Assembly (NCBI GenBank): GCA_963783665.1
Contig: CAWANZ010000004.1
Location: 15,866 to 79,865 of the forward strand
Length of the DNA: 64,000 nucleotides
Origin: Candidatus Aminicenantes bacterium
GTDB lineage: Bacteria; Acidobacteriota; Aminicenantia; Aminicenantales; UBA4085
Direction: 5' to 3'
Positions 1-9,781 of the stretch are shown piece after piece. The notes under the pieces were generated by a model. The model searched no databases, was not told where the DNA came from, and saw only the letters and a program-made list of their open reading frames with translations. The translations under genes and the position numbers were made by a program. The number at the start of each line of letters is the position of its first letter. The first letter of the stretch is position 1.

Positions 1-124
1 TTTCACCGTCGGCTTCCTGGAACGCCGGCGCCCCTACGATTTCGAATTCAAGGTCGATCGCTTATACGCGATCGGGTCGAAAACCTCTTAATCCGAATAG
101 ACGGTGCGGAAAAGGATGGAAAGT

Positions 125-1465
125 ATGAAAAAGATTGCGCTCATTCTTATCGTCTGCCTGGGACTGGCGGCCGTTCTGGTTTCCGCGGCCGGGCCGAAGC
201 ACCAGGCGGGAGCCGGTCCCCAGGACAAAGAAGAGCTCGGGCGGATCGAACAAGCCATCCGGGCATCGATCGGCTGGGCCAAGAACAAGGACCTCAAGCT
301 TCTGTATGACACGATCGCCAACGATGCGGACTTCCTCGAAGTCCATCCCGAGGGAGGCGTCGTCCGGGGATTCGACGAATTCAAGAAAGCGGAGCGGATC
401 TGGATGAGCCCGAACTTCAAAGCCGTCCGCTTCGAGATCCGCGACCTGCGGATCAAGCTCTCCAAGGCGGGGGACGTCGCCTGGTTTTTCTGCATCCTCG
501 ATGATATGAACGAGTGGAAGGGGCAGCCATCAAACTGGGAAAACACCCGTTGGACCGGCGTTCTCGAAAAAAGGGATGGCCGCTGGGTGACGGTCCAACA
601 GCATTTTTCCGCCGGCCCGGACGCCGGCCCGACGCCGCCGACCGGAGCCGCCTTTCCCGTCCTCTTCTATTCCGGCCGGAACGACAACAAGGACGTCTAC
701 ATCCTCCATCCCGGGGAAAAAGAGCCGCGCAACCTGACCAACAATCCGGCCCAGGATCTCTGCCCGGCGGCCTCGCCCGACGGGAAGTCGGTCCTGTTCC
801 TCAGCGACCGGGACGGCAACATGGAGATTTACAGCATGTCCGTCGACGGAAGCGGCGTCAAACGGCTCACCTCCACTCCCGAGAAAGAGTCACACGCCGA
901 ATTCACCCCCGATGGCAAACAGATCCTGTTTATCCGGGATCTCGAGAAAAAGACCGAGATCTGGATCATGAACGCCGATGGGTCGAACGCGCGGCGTCTG
1001 ACGAACAATGAGGCGCGCGACGAGCGGCCGTTCATGTCTCCCGACCGCTCGAAGATCGTCTTCATGTCCAACCGCGACGGCAATTATGATATTTATACGA
1101 TGGCCGCGGACGGAAGCGGGCAGACCCGACTCACAAACACTCTCGGGCTTGAGATCTTCCCCGCCTGGTCTCCGGACGGAACGAAAATCGCCTACGCGAG
1201 CAAGTTCCGGGCCGGCGGACGAATGGAGGGGATGATCCGGGTGATGAACGCCGACGGGAGCGGCGATTACGCGGTCACCGCGGTCGAGACGCGCGATGAG
1301 AATCCGATGTGGTCTCCCGACGGCCGTCATATCATCCTGCAAAGCGTCCGGGACGGAAACTTCGAAGTCTACCAGGTCAATCTGGACGGCAGCAATCCGG
1401 TCCGCCTTACGAACCACGCGGCCTGGGACGGCTGGGCCTGCTATGTCCCCGTTCCGAAGCGCTGA
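125..1465 (+). CDS. Exported NTF2/SnoaL-like domain fused to TolB-like PD40-repeat beta-propeller
   Basis: Signal peptide MKKIALILIVCLGLAAVLVSA (ATG at 125, in frame with ORF 104). NTF2-like domain ending WTGVLEKRDGRWVTVQQHFS, Pro/Ala linker, then repeated (W/F)SPDG...D.DG...RLT PD40 units. Confidence 0.85.
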   Translation: MKKIALILIVCLGLAAVLVSAAGPKHQAGAGPQDKEELGRIEQAIRASIGWAKNKDLKLLYDTIANDADFLEVHPEGGVVRGFDEFKKAERIWMSPNFKAVRFEIRDLRIKLSKAGDVAWFFCILDDMNEWKGQPSNWENTRWTGVLEKRDGRWVTVQQHFSAGPDAGPTPPTGAAFPVLFYSGRNDNKDVYILHPGEKEPRNLTNNPAQDLCPAASPDGKSVLFLSDRDGNMEIYSMSVDGSGVKRLTSTPEKESHAEFTPDGKQILFIRDLEKKTEIWIMNADGSNARRLTNNEARDERPFMSPDRSKIVFMSNRDGNYDIYTMAADGSGQTRLTNTLGLEIFPAWSPDGTKIAYASKFRAGGRMEGMIRVMNADGSGDYAVTAVETRDENPMWSPDGRHIILQSVRDGNFEVYQVNLDGSNPVRLTNHAAWDGWACYVPVPKR

Positions 1466-1540
1466 AAATGCGGGACCACGACATTCTCACGAACACCGTC
1501 AGGGCGATTCGGGAGCGGATCGCCGGAAAGTGAACCATCC

Positions 1541-2427
1541 ATGAGAGAAGTTTCAAAAAAAACGCGGCTGCCGTTCCGTTGGACGGCCGTTCTCACGCTC
1601 TCGGCGCGATTCTTCTGGCCGGGGAAGCATCGGGTCAAACGCAAGCAGCGATCGCGGGCAAAAAAGCGCCTCTCACCCTGACCTATGTCGCCAACATGGG
1701 AGTGCTGGTCGAAGCGGGCGGGACGAAAGTCCTGATCGACGCCCTGTTCGACAAGCCGAATCCGGCCTACCGGGCTCCGGAGCCTTCGGTTCTGGAAAAT
1801 ATCATCAAAGGCGAGCCCCCGTTCGACGGCGTGAAGCTCGTTTTCGTCACACACAACCATCCGGACCATCTTGCGCCGAGCGTCGCCGTCCGCTTCCTGG
1901 AAGCGCAAACGGAGGCGATGTTCATCGCCCCTGCGGATGCGGTCGCGGAGATGAAAAAAGCCTCAACCGACTGGGCAAAGATCGAGCCCCGGGTCGTTTC
2001 CCTCGATCTCGAGAACGGAGATTTCAGGCGATTGAAAGCGGCGGGAATCCCGATCACCGCCGTCCGCACGCTCCACGGCGGAAGTCCATCGCCGATGAAC
2101 CTGATGTACCTTTTCGAGATCAACGGCCGGAGGATTTTCCACGAGGGGGATTCCCCCGGCAAGCCTGAGATCTTTCGGGGTTTCGGCCTGGAATCGGCCC
2201 CCGTCGACCTGGCCGTTGTCCATTATTGGTTTCCGTTCCGGGCGGACAATGCGAGCTTTTTCCAGGAAGAATTGCGCCCGGATCACATCGCCCTGACCCA
2301 CCTCCCCCTAGAAAACGAAAGCGATTTGCCGGGGAAAGTCGATTTAATCAAACAGTATTACAAGGACATCTTCCTCCTGCTGCCTGGGATGCCGGAAAAA
2401 ACCTTTTTAAAGGCGCCGGTATCATAA
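1541..2427 (+). CDS. Exported MBL-fold metallo-hydrolase (UlaG-like); probable frameshift in the signal peptide
   Basis: LTLTYVANMGVLV...VLIDALF and THNHPDH (HxHxDH), later LHG and FHEGD motifs in ORF 1579-2427. ATG at 1541 gives MREVSKKTRLPFRWTAVLTL in another frame. Confidence 0.75.
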
Positions 2428-2446
2428 AGAAACAAGGCGATTCCAG

Positions 2447-2969
2447 ATGAAAAGACTTGCTCTCTTTGTTTTCATGGGACTGTTGCTGGCCGTACTGGCC
2501 TACTTTTTAATAAAATCGCCCGCACCTCCGGCGCCCAAGACGCGGCTTTCTCCGGTCCAAGCGCATGGAGGCGGAAAAAGACATCGTCGCCGAGACCATC
2601 AGCTCCGTCATCGGCTGGGCCAAGGACAAGGATCTCGATAAATTCTTCAGCTCGATCGCAAACGACGAGGATTACGTCTCCGTCACGCCGAGCGCGCGCA
2701 TCATCAAGCGCTTCGAGGACGTCAAGCAGAACGTCCCCTTCTGGATGAGCCCGGACTTCCAATACGTCCGACATGAGCTTAAAGACCTGGAGATCACCTT
2801 TTCCCGCGGCGGAGACGTGGCCTGGTTTTTCTGCGTCCTCGACGACATCAACACCTACAAGGGCGAGCCGGCCTCCTGGGAGAACGCCCGCTGGACCGGC
2901 GTTGTCGAGAAGCGCGACGGAAAATGGGTCATCGTTTCGCAGCATTTCTCGTTCGCCAAAACAGACTGA
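2447..2969 (+). CDS. Membrane-anchored/exported NTF2/SnoaL-like domain protein (frameshifted)
   Basis: Hydrophobic N-terminus in ORF 2447-2641. The domain in ORF 2565-2969 is closely similar to the N-terminal domain of the 125-1465 gene (IGWAK.KD, WMSP.F, GDVAWFFC.LDD, RWTGV.EKRDG.WV). Confidence 0.75.
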
Positions 2970-3023
2970 TCTCCGGCGGGACGCCGGAAAAATATATTTG
3001 GCCCATTCGGGCCAAGGGAGTTT

Positions 3024-4403
3024 ATGATGATGTTTTCCGGGTGGCGGAAGTTTCTTTTTCTCGCCGTTCTTCTCTCATACGGTTTCGCGGCCGGGGCGGG
3101 CGCCGTAAGCATGCAGAATCCCGGCACTCCCGTGGCCGACGTTTTCGAGGTCATGGCCCTGGCGACCGCCGGGCGGATGGATGCGCTCTGGCCGGGATTC
3201 AAACCTTCGGAAATTCCGGTTCTCGTGTTCGACGGCCGCGACACGTACCTCTTTCATTCGCCGAACATCCCCGACGGATTCATCCGGGTGGAAACACATC
3301 CCGGCGTCTCCCTGTTCAAGGGGCAACAACCTCAAGTCCGGGGCAATTCCATCGTCCGGTTGGGGGAAAACTGGACGGCCACGAGCGTTCTCAGCGCGTC
3401 TTCGCGGAGGACGGGCGAACAGTACGCATTGAAGGACATGGCCGGGATCATCGTCCACGAGCAGTTCCACATCTTTCAAAGAACGCGACATCCCCGCTGG
3501 CGGCAAAACGACGGCCTGCTGCTTCTCTATCCGGAAGAAACGGCCGAGGCGCTGTTGCTGCGGCGAAAAGAAAAAGAAGCCTTTCAACGAGCGGTCGTGT
3601 CCGAGACAAAAAAGGTAATCGTCGGTTGGGCGGCCGCGGCCCTGCTCTGCCGCGCGGAACGGCTGGCCGGACTGCCCGCGCCCTTCGTTCAATACGAGAA
3701 TGAGCTGCAGCGAACCGAAGGGTTGTCCGATTATATCGAGCGCATCGCTCGCGGGTTGGATCCTCTCAATGCCTCCAACATCACCAACGGCATCGCGCCG
3801 GCCGGGATTCGGGACCTCGGCTATGTGGAAGGCCGCTGGATCGCGATGATCCTGGACAATCTACGTCCGGATTGGAAAGCCGTCTTGGAGAAAGATGACA
3901 CCCTCTTTCTGGAAAACATTCTCAGAGAGACCGTGAACGCATCGCCCGGAGAGACACGGTCGTTCGAGGCGGCGGAAATCGAGGCGATGAAGGCGGCGGC
4001 CGAGACCGATTTTTCCGCCTGGCAACAAAAGAAAACGGCAGAGATCGAATCCTATTCCGCCCGGCCCGGATATCGCCTCGAGATCGACGCCTCGGCCCGA
4101 CCCCTGTCCATCAGGATATTCGAGCCCCTGGAAATCGAACTTCTCGAGGACGGCGGGGTCTTCCACCGGATGATCTTCGCGGCCGGAAACGAAACGGGAA
4201 GCCTGCGCATCGCCGATCATCCCTGCCTGACCTGGTTCGATAATTCCCTGAGGGTTACCCGATTGGCCGTCAACGGCTTGAAACAGGCGCCCGAAATCAT
4301 CGAAAGCGAAAAAAAGCTCATCCTGAAATCCGACGGGTGCACGATCGAATTGCCGTTCACGACGTTCAGCGTGAAAGACACGGCCTATCGGATTGTGCTG
4401 TGA
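3024..4403 (+). CDS. Exported hypothetical protein, putative HExxH zinc metallopeptidase
   Basis: Signal peptide; IVHEQFHIFQ followed about 85 aa later by TEGLSDY, a gluzincin-like third-ligand pattern. Confidence 0.55.
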   Translation: MMMFSGWRKFLFLAVLLSYGFAAGAGAVSMQNPGTPVADVFEVMALATAGRMDALWPGFKPSEIPVLVFDGRDTYLFHSPNIPDGFIRVETHPGVSLFKGQQPQVRGNSIVRLGENWTATSVLSASSRRTGEQYALKDMAGIIVHEQFHIFQRTRHPRWRQNDGLLLLYPEETAEALLLRRKEKEAFQRAVVSETKKVIVGWAAAALLCRAERLAGLPAPFVQYENELQRTEGLSDYIERIARGLDPLNASNITNGIAPAGIRDLGYVEGRWIAMILDNLRPDWKAVLEKDDTLFLENILRETVNASPGETRSFEAAEIEAMKAAAETDFSAWQQKKTAEIESYSARPGYRLEIDASARPLSIRIFEPLEIELLEDGGVFHRMIFAAGNETGSLRIADHPCLTWFDNSLRVTRLAVNGLKQAPEIIESEKKLILKSDGCTIELPFTTFSVKDTAYRIVL

Positions 4404-4455
4404 GCAGCCGAGCGATTCTTGTGATCAGGCTCATGGTGGATAAAAAGGAGGTGCG

Positions 4456-7079
4456 ATGAAAAAAACCGCGATCTTTACTGTCTGCCTGTTATTCGCCGCG
4501 ACGTCTGCCTCTCCATCCCTCAGCCAGAAGCCGCCGGGGATGACTCCGGAAGTCTTCGCCCCGGGAGTGGTCTCGCGGGAGGGGATCCAGGTGAAGCTGA
4601 CGATGTCGGCGGACGGGTCGCAGATCCTTTACACTGAGCGGGACCCGGCCACGACCGCCGTGTCATTCATCATCCGGCATCGCAAGGGGGATTCCTGGAG
4701 CGAGCCGGTCGTTCTTCCCTTGGCCCAGGATTACATGGACCTTGAGCCCAGCTTGTGTCCCGACGGGAAGACAATCTTCTTCACCTCCATCAGGCCGCCG
4801 AGCGGCAAAGGCGAGCCGGAAAAATTGCCGGACATCTGGATGACGGAAAAAACAGAAGATCAATGGGGATCACCGGTTCATTTAGGCCCCCCGGTCAATA
4901 CGGGAGCCGCCGACATCGAAGCCCATCCCTTCATCGGGCCCGACGGCGCGCTTTATTTCCTGCGGCAAGTCGAAAAGACGCGCCATCTCGTGCGAGCTGC
5001 GCGCCGGGGCGGCGGATTCGATGAGCCGCAATCTCTTCTCCTCAAGGAAGACTTGTTTGCGGAGCAGTTCAGCGGACCGTGCCTTTCGCCCGACGGCCGG
5101 ATCCTGCTGATGCATTCGCGAAAACCCGGGGGCTTCGGGAATTGGGACCTCTATGTTGCGTTCAAGGACGAATCGGGCGGCTGGAGCGAGTTCAAAAACC
5201 TCGGGCCCGTCATCAATACCGATAAGCAGGAGGCCCACCCTTCGTTTTCACCGGACGGCCGGTATCTGTTCTTCGATCGGGACGGGGACATCTTGTGGAT
5301 TTCGGCGAAGATTCTTTATGAGAAATCCTTCGCCCAAGCGGACATCTTTTTCGGAAAGGCCTCCCCCGGTCCCGAGCCGGTGAAGTTCCTTTCGGAAACC
5401 CTGCATCAAGGGCTTTGCCCCCATGGGCAACTGGCTTTCGCTCCCGATGGGTCGGGCGTTTTCTGGTCGGCGATCGCCCTGGAGGGCCGCCGGCAGACGA
5501 TTTACTGGAGCGCCTTCGACGGGAAAACATTTTCCCCGCCGGTCGTCGCCCCCTTCGCCGCCGCGTCCGGCAACGGCGGGCCCGCCTTCTCCCCCGACGG
5601 CCGGCGTCTATTTTTCAACGTTGAGATTCCCGGCCTTGACGCGACATCTCCGAAAACGATGGCCATCGCTTATGTCGAGAGATCCGGCTCCGGCTGGACC
5701 AAATCCGTGCAGATCGAGTCCACGTCGACACCACGATAACAAAAGGCCAAGTCTCCGTCGCCCGGAGCGGGAATATTTACTTCTCCGGCAGAATTCTCAC
5801 AGAACGGGCACCGGCGATCTTCATTTCCCGCTTCGCCGACGGCAAATATTCACCGCCGGAGAAGCTGACCGGCCCCATCGCCGAAGATGCCCTTTTGATC
5901 GTCGATCCCTGGATCGATCCCGACGAGCATTTCATGCTCCTCTCGTGTCCCCCGGCGGATGGGCCGCCGATGCTGAACGACATCGGAATCAGCCATCGCC
6001 AAACCGACGGAACGTGGGGCAAACCGATCCGACTCGGCGGGGCGGTCAACACCCAAACCTTCGAGCGGTTCGCCTCGCTTTCCCCGGATGGGAAATACCT
6101 CTTCTTCATCCGATCCTCCGGCCAGCAGTTCGTCGGCGACCAAGCTCGTTTTTACTGGGTCGAAACGAAGGATATCCCGGAATTGCAGACGCGAGCTCCC
6201 GAACAGAGCGAGGCAAAACGAGTTTTCCCCGCACTCTCCGGCCCCTACCTCGGCCAGAAGCCGCCGGGGATGACGCCGGAGATTTTCGCCCCGGGGATCG
6301 TCTCCACGAAATTCGGGGAGCTGAACTCGGTTTTCTCGCCGGACGGAAAGGAATTCTATTTCTCCCGCAGGGGAATTCCGGGCCGCCCATCCGTCCTGAT
6401 GGTCACGAAAATGGAAAGCGACCGATGGACCGAGCCGCAGCCGCTCCCCTTCTCCGGGACCTACAGCGATATCGACCTCTTCCTTTGCGCCGACAATGAA
6501 CGTCTGGTCTTTTGCTCTTCCCGCCCGCGCGCGGGCGGCAAGGAAGACCGGATGAATCACGACTTCTGGGTCTCGCGCCGGAACGGCTCCGGTTGGAGCG
6601 AACCGGAGCCCTTTGCCCCCGAAGCGGTCTCGCCCGCCGAGGATTACTTCCCCGTCGTGACCCTCAGTGGAACGCTCTATCTCAATTCCCAGCGCGAGGG
6701 GAGAGGCACGAACGACATTTACGCCTCGAAATATTCAGGCGGGAAATACCTGCCCCCCGAAAAGCTGCCGGCGCCGATCAATACCAGCTTCCGCGAATTC
6801 GACGCCTTCGTCTCCCTCGACGAACAAACGATCATTTTCTCTTCCGAGCGCCCGGGCGGATTCGGCGGAGCGGACATCTATATCAGCTTCCGGGACGGGC
6901 AGGGCAACTGGAGCGAGCCGGCGAACCTGGGACCGGAAGTCAATTCCGAACGTTCCGAATACGGCGCGACCATCTCTCCCGACGGCCGCTATCTCTTTTT
7001 CACCAGCAACAAGGCCGGCAACGAGGATATCTACTGGGTTTCGGCGGAAATCATCGAACGCCTCCGGCCGAAGAAATAA
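4456..7079 (+). CDS. Exported multi-module PD40 (TolB/WD40-like) beta-propeller protein; one frameshift near 5730
   Basis: ORFs 4456-5739 and 5895-7079 join through TKGQVSVARSGNIYFSG read in the second frame. Three modules each begin with a (GPYLG)QKPPGMTPE.FAPG-like leader; many SPDG(R/K)YLFF repeats. Confidence 0.8.
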
Positions 7080-7098
7080 ACGTGGGGAAAGCATTCAA

Positions 7099-7779
7099 AT
7101 GAAGCGGGCGAGGCCAAACATTTGGATGCTTGTATCGCTGGCGGCGCTCCTGTCGGCGGGGATGACGACTGAAGAATCTCAGTCCCTAACGGATTATGAT
7201 GGCAATATCTATCGAACGGTTCGAATCGGTCATCAGATATGGATGGCCGAGAATCTGAAAGTCACTCATTACCGGGATGGGACGCCTATTCCCAATGTCC
7301 CTGATAATGATATCTGGCCCCATCTGAGGACGGGCGCGCTATGCTGGCTGGAAAATGACCCCTCATCATTTAAGGATATCTATGGGGCGCTCTACAATTA
7401 TTTTGCCGTGGTTGATCCTCGAAAGCTATGCCCTTACGGCTGGCACATCCCGACAATCGATGAATGGCTGATCCTGGAAAACGAACTCGGCGGAAAAGAA
7501 GTCGCCGGAGGTAAGATGAAGGACATCGCTTCGAGTCTATGGGAAGCTATTCATCGTGGCGCAAATAACGCCAGCGGTTTTTCGGCCCGTCCCGCAGGCG
7601 GGCGAGGTCGTTTCGGCAGCCCTGGTGAGGCCGGACGCTATGCGACGTGGTGGGCGACGACCGAGCATGATTCCGGCTTCGCTTGGCACTGGGGACTATT
7701 CCCTGACCGTGGGAGTATCCGTCGCAATCCAGGCCACAAAAACAGCGGCTTCTCGGTAAGGTGCGTCAAAGATCAATAA
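7099..7779 (+). CDS. Fibrobacter succinogenes major paralogous (FISUMP) domain protein
   Basis: ATG at 7099 within ORF 6667-7779. Signal peptide, then LTDYDGNIYRTVRIGHQIWMAENLKV, YGALYNYFAV, LCPYGWHIPT and GFSVRCVKD. Confidence 0.9.
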   Translation: MKRARPNIWMLVSLAALLSAGMTTEESQSLTDYDGNIYRTVRIGHQIWMAENLKVTHYRDGTPIPNVPDNDIWPHLRTGALCWLENDPSSFKDIYGALYNYFAVVDPRKLCPYGWHIPTIDEWLILENELGGKEVAGGKMKDIASSLWEAIHRGANNASGFSARPAGGRGRFGSPGEAGRYATWWATTEHDSGFAWHWGLFPDRGSIRRNPGHKNSGFSVRCVKDQ

Positions 7780-7807
7780 GAGACAAGAGTCAGGAGAAGA
7801 AATCATA

Positions 7808-8528
7808 ATGAAAAAATTAATTCTATTTAGTTGTCTGCTGTTAACAACAATATCAATTTATCCCCAGCAAGCCGGATTTCAAAAACTTACCGGCCCTTAT
7901 CTAGGCCAGGAGCCGCCAGGCGTGACGCCGGAGATTTTCGCCGCGGCGTTCCCCCAGGATGCCAAGGACCGCGTCGCTCCGGAAAACGCCAACGAGGCCC
8001 GGCTCAACCGCCTCCAACCGCCCGACAAGGTCATGGACATCATCGGGGCCGCCCCCGGGATGACGATCGCCGAGATCGGTGCCGGCCAGGGACGCTATGT
8101 CGTCAACCTGGCCAACAGGGTCGGGCCGCAAGGCAAAGTCTACGCCGAGGACATCGACGAAGCATCCCTCCGCCATTGCGCCGAGCGCTGCCGGCGCAAC
8201 GGCTTCCATAACGTCGAGACGATTCTCGGCGGCTTCACCGATCCCAAGCTTCCGGCCGAAGCGTTGGACTTGATCTTCATTATCTCCTCCTACCACCATT
8301 TCGACGATCCGGTCGCTCTGATTGCGGAAAGCCCGGCTCGGCCTGAAGCCGACGGGGCGCCTGGCGATCGCCGAGTGGGTGAAGCGGCCGGGGGAAACGG
8401 GCGAAGGAACCACGCCGGAGGACATGAAATCCCGGATGGAGGAAGCCGGCTTCGTCCTTGAGCGCATCGACAAGACATTCGAGGGCAACCGCATGTATAT
8501 TTATCTCTTCCATCTTGGGACTTTATAA
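7808..8528 (+). CDS. Class I SAM-dependent methyltransferase with signal peptide and PD40-family leader; frameshift near 8330
   Basis: Motif I IAEIGAGQG, motif II YAEDID, LDLIFIISSYHHF. The C-terminus continues in ORF 8322-8528 (LKPTGRLAIAEW...MEEAGF). Confidence 0.8.
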
Positions 8529-8629
8529 GAAGGAACCGGGAAAGCGTCCTCCCTCCGGCGATCATAGAGCAGCCTCCGGCTTGAGCGCTCGAACCGCTTG
8601 GGATAACATATCGAACGGGACAACCGATC

Positions 8630-9571
8630 ATGACAATGGCGCGGCCGGGCGTGCGCGGTTCACAGCGAAAGACCTCCCGGATCAAACCCGCCATCTTCTC
8701 CGCCGCTTTCCTCCTGATGTCCCTTGGCCCCACCGTTGCCCAGGTCCCGAGCGACGGACCGGCCCTTTCTCCCCGGCAGCTTGCCGATAACCTCGCGGCC
8801 AAGAAATATTCCGGACACCGCATCGATCTGGTCTTTTCCAAGGCCGGGCTCCAGGAAGTCCTCGCTTATCTTGAGAAAGCCGGCGGAATTCCCCTCAAGC
8901 TGGATCCGGCGATCAACGACTCGGTGACCTACCGGATGCTCGACATCCCCTGGGACGAAGCCCTGGCGACCGTTCTTTCCGACAACGGCCTTAATTTCAT
9001 GATGAACCTGGACGAAAGCGGGCTCAAGATCGGCCGGGGAGATCGAATCGTCCTGGCCTTCCCGGATGGGAGCCGGGCGAAGGCGGCCCTTTTCCTCTAT
9101 AACAATCTGTTCCGCATCGCCATCGGGATCCTTATCCTGGCGATCATCGCCTCCGGGATTTGGATTTTCGTTCGCCGCCGGGCCCGGGCTGGGACGGCGG
9201 CCAAAAAGCCCCTGATGTCCGCCGAAGTCGCGGAACAGGTAAAAACTGCGCTGACCCGCCTGCTCGAGGAGGAACGGGTTTACCGGGATGACGCGCTCAC
9301 CCTCCAGTCGCTCGCCGGGATGCTGGGCGTCACGCCCCACCGGTTATCCTGGCTCCTCAACGAGGAACTCCGGGTCACTTTCACCTCGCTCATCAACGGC
9401 TATCGCATCGAAGAGGTGAAACGCCGTCTGGCCGATTCTTCATTAAACGGCGAGTCCATTCTCCAGACCGCCATGGAAGCGGGATTCAACTCGAAGGCCT
9501 CGTTCAATCGCGCTTTTAAGCTGAATACCGGGATGACCCCTTCGGAATACAAAAGAAATCTCACCCGCTAG
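8630..9571 (+). CDS. Transmembrane AraC-family regulator with N-terminal STN/secretin-N0-like domain
   Basis: Hydrophobic leader; KKYSGHRIDLVF...LDIPWDEALATVL (PilQ N0/STN-like); TM helix IAIGILILAIIASGIWIFV followed by RRR; AraC HTH LTLQSLA...F..LINGYRIEE...AGFNSKASFNRAFK..TGMTPSEY. Confidence 0.85.
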   Translation: MTMARPGVRGSQRKTSRIKPAIFSAAFLLMSLGPTVAQVPSDGPALSPRQLADNLAAKKYSGHRIDLVFSKAGLQEVLAYLEKAGGIPLKLDPAINDSVTYRMLDIPWDEALATVLSDNGLNFMMNLDESGLKIGRGDRIVLAFPDGSRAKAALFLYNNLFRIAIGILILAIIASGIWIFVRRRARAGTAAKKPLMSAEVAEQVKTALTRLLEEERVYRDDALTLQSLAGMLGVTPHRLSWLLNEELRVTFTSLINGYRIEEVKRRLADSSLNGESILQTAMEAGFNSKASFNRAFKLNTGMTPSEYKRNLTR

Positions 9572-9613
9572 TCCCCTTCTTCCAAAAATCCTCCATTTCC
9601 GCGCCAAGACGAC

Positions 9614-9690
9614 GTCTCAGATTATGAAATGCTACTCTGTTTATTTCTATTTATTATCTACTATTATATAATAATTTTGTCTCAGATTAT
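9614..9690 (+). promoter_or_regulatory. Two copies of direct repeat GTCTCAGATTAT (9614-9625, 9679-9690), candidate activator sites
   Basis: Exact 12-bp repeat, starts 65 bp apart, in AT-rich intergenic DNA; the second copy ends 8 bp before a predicted -35. Confidence 0.5.
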
Positions 9691-9698
9691 CGGCCTTG

Positions 9699-9727
9699 TC
9701 GACAAGCCGGAAAGCCCCCCGTATGAT
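9699..9727 (+). promoter_or_regulatory. sigma70-like promoter for the 9782 gene
   Basis: TCGACA (9699-9704), 17 bp, TATGAT (9722-9727). The -35 lies inside the perfect palindrome CTTGTCGACAAG (9695-9706). Confidence 0.5.
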
Positions 9728-9781
9728 GCCCGCCGTCGGAAATCAATCCGGCCAATTTCATCGAAAGGACTGGTTAAGAAC

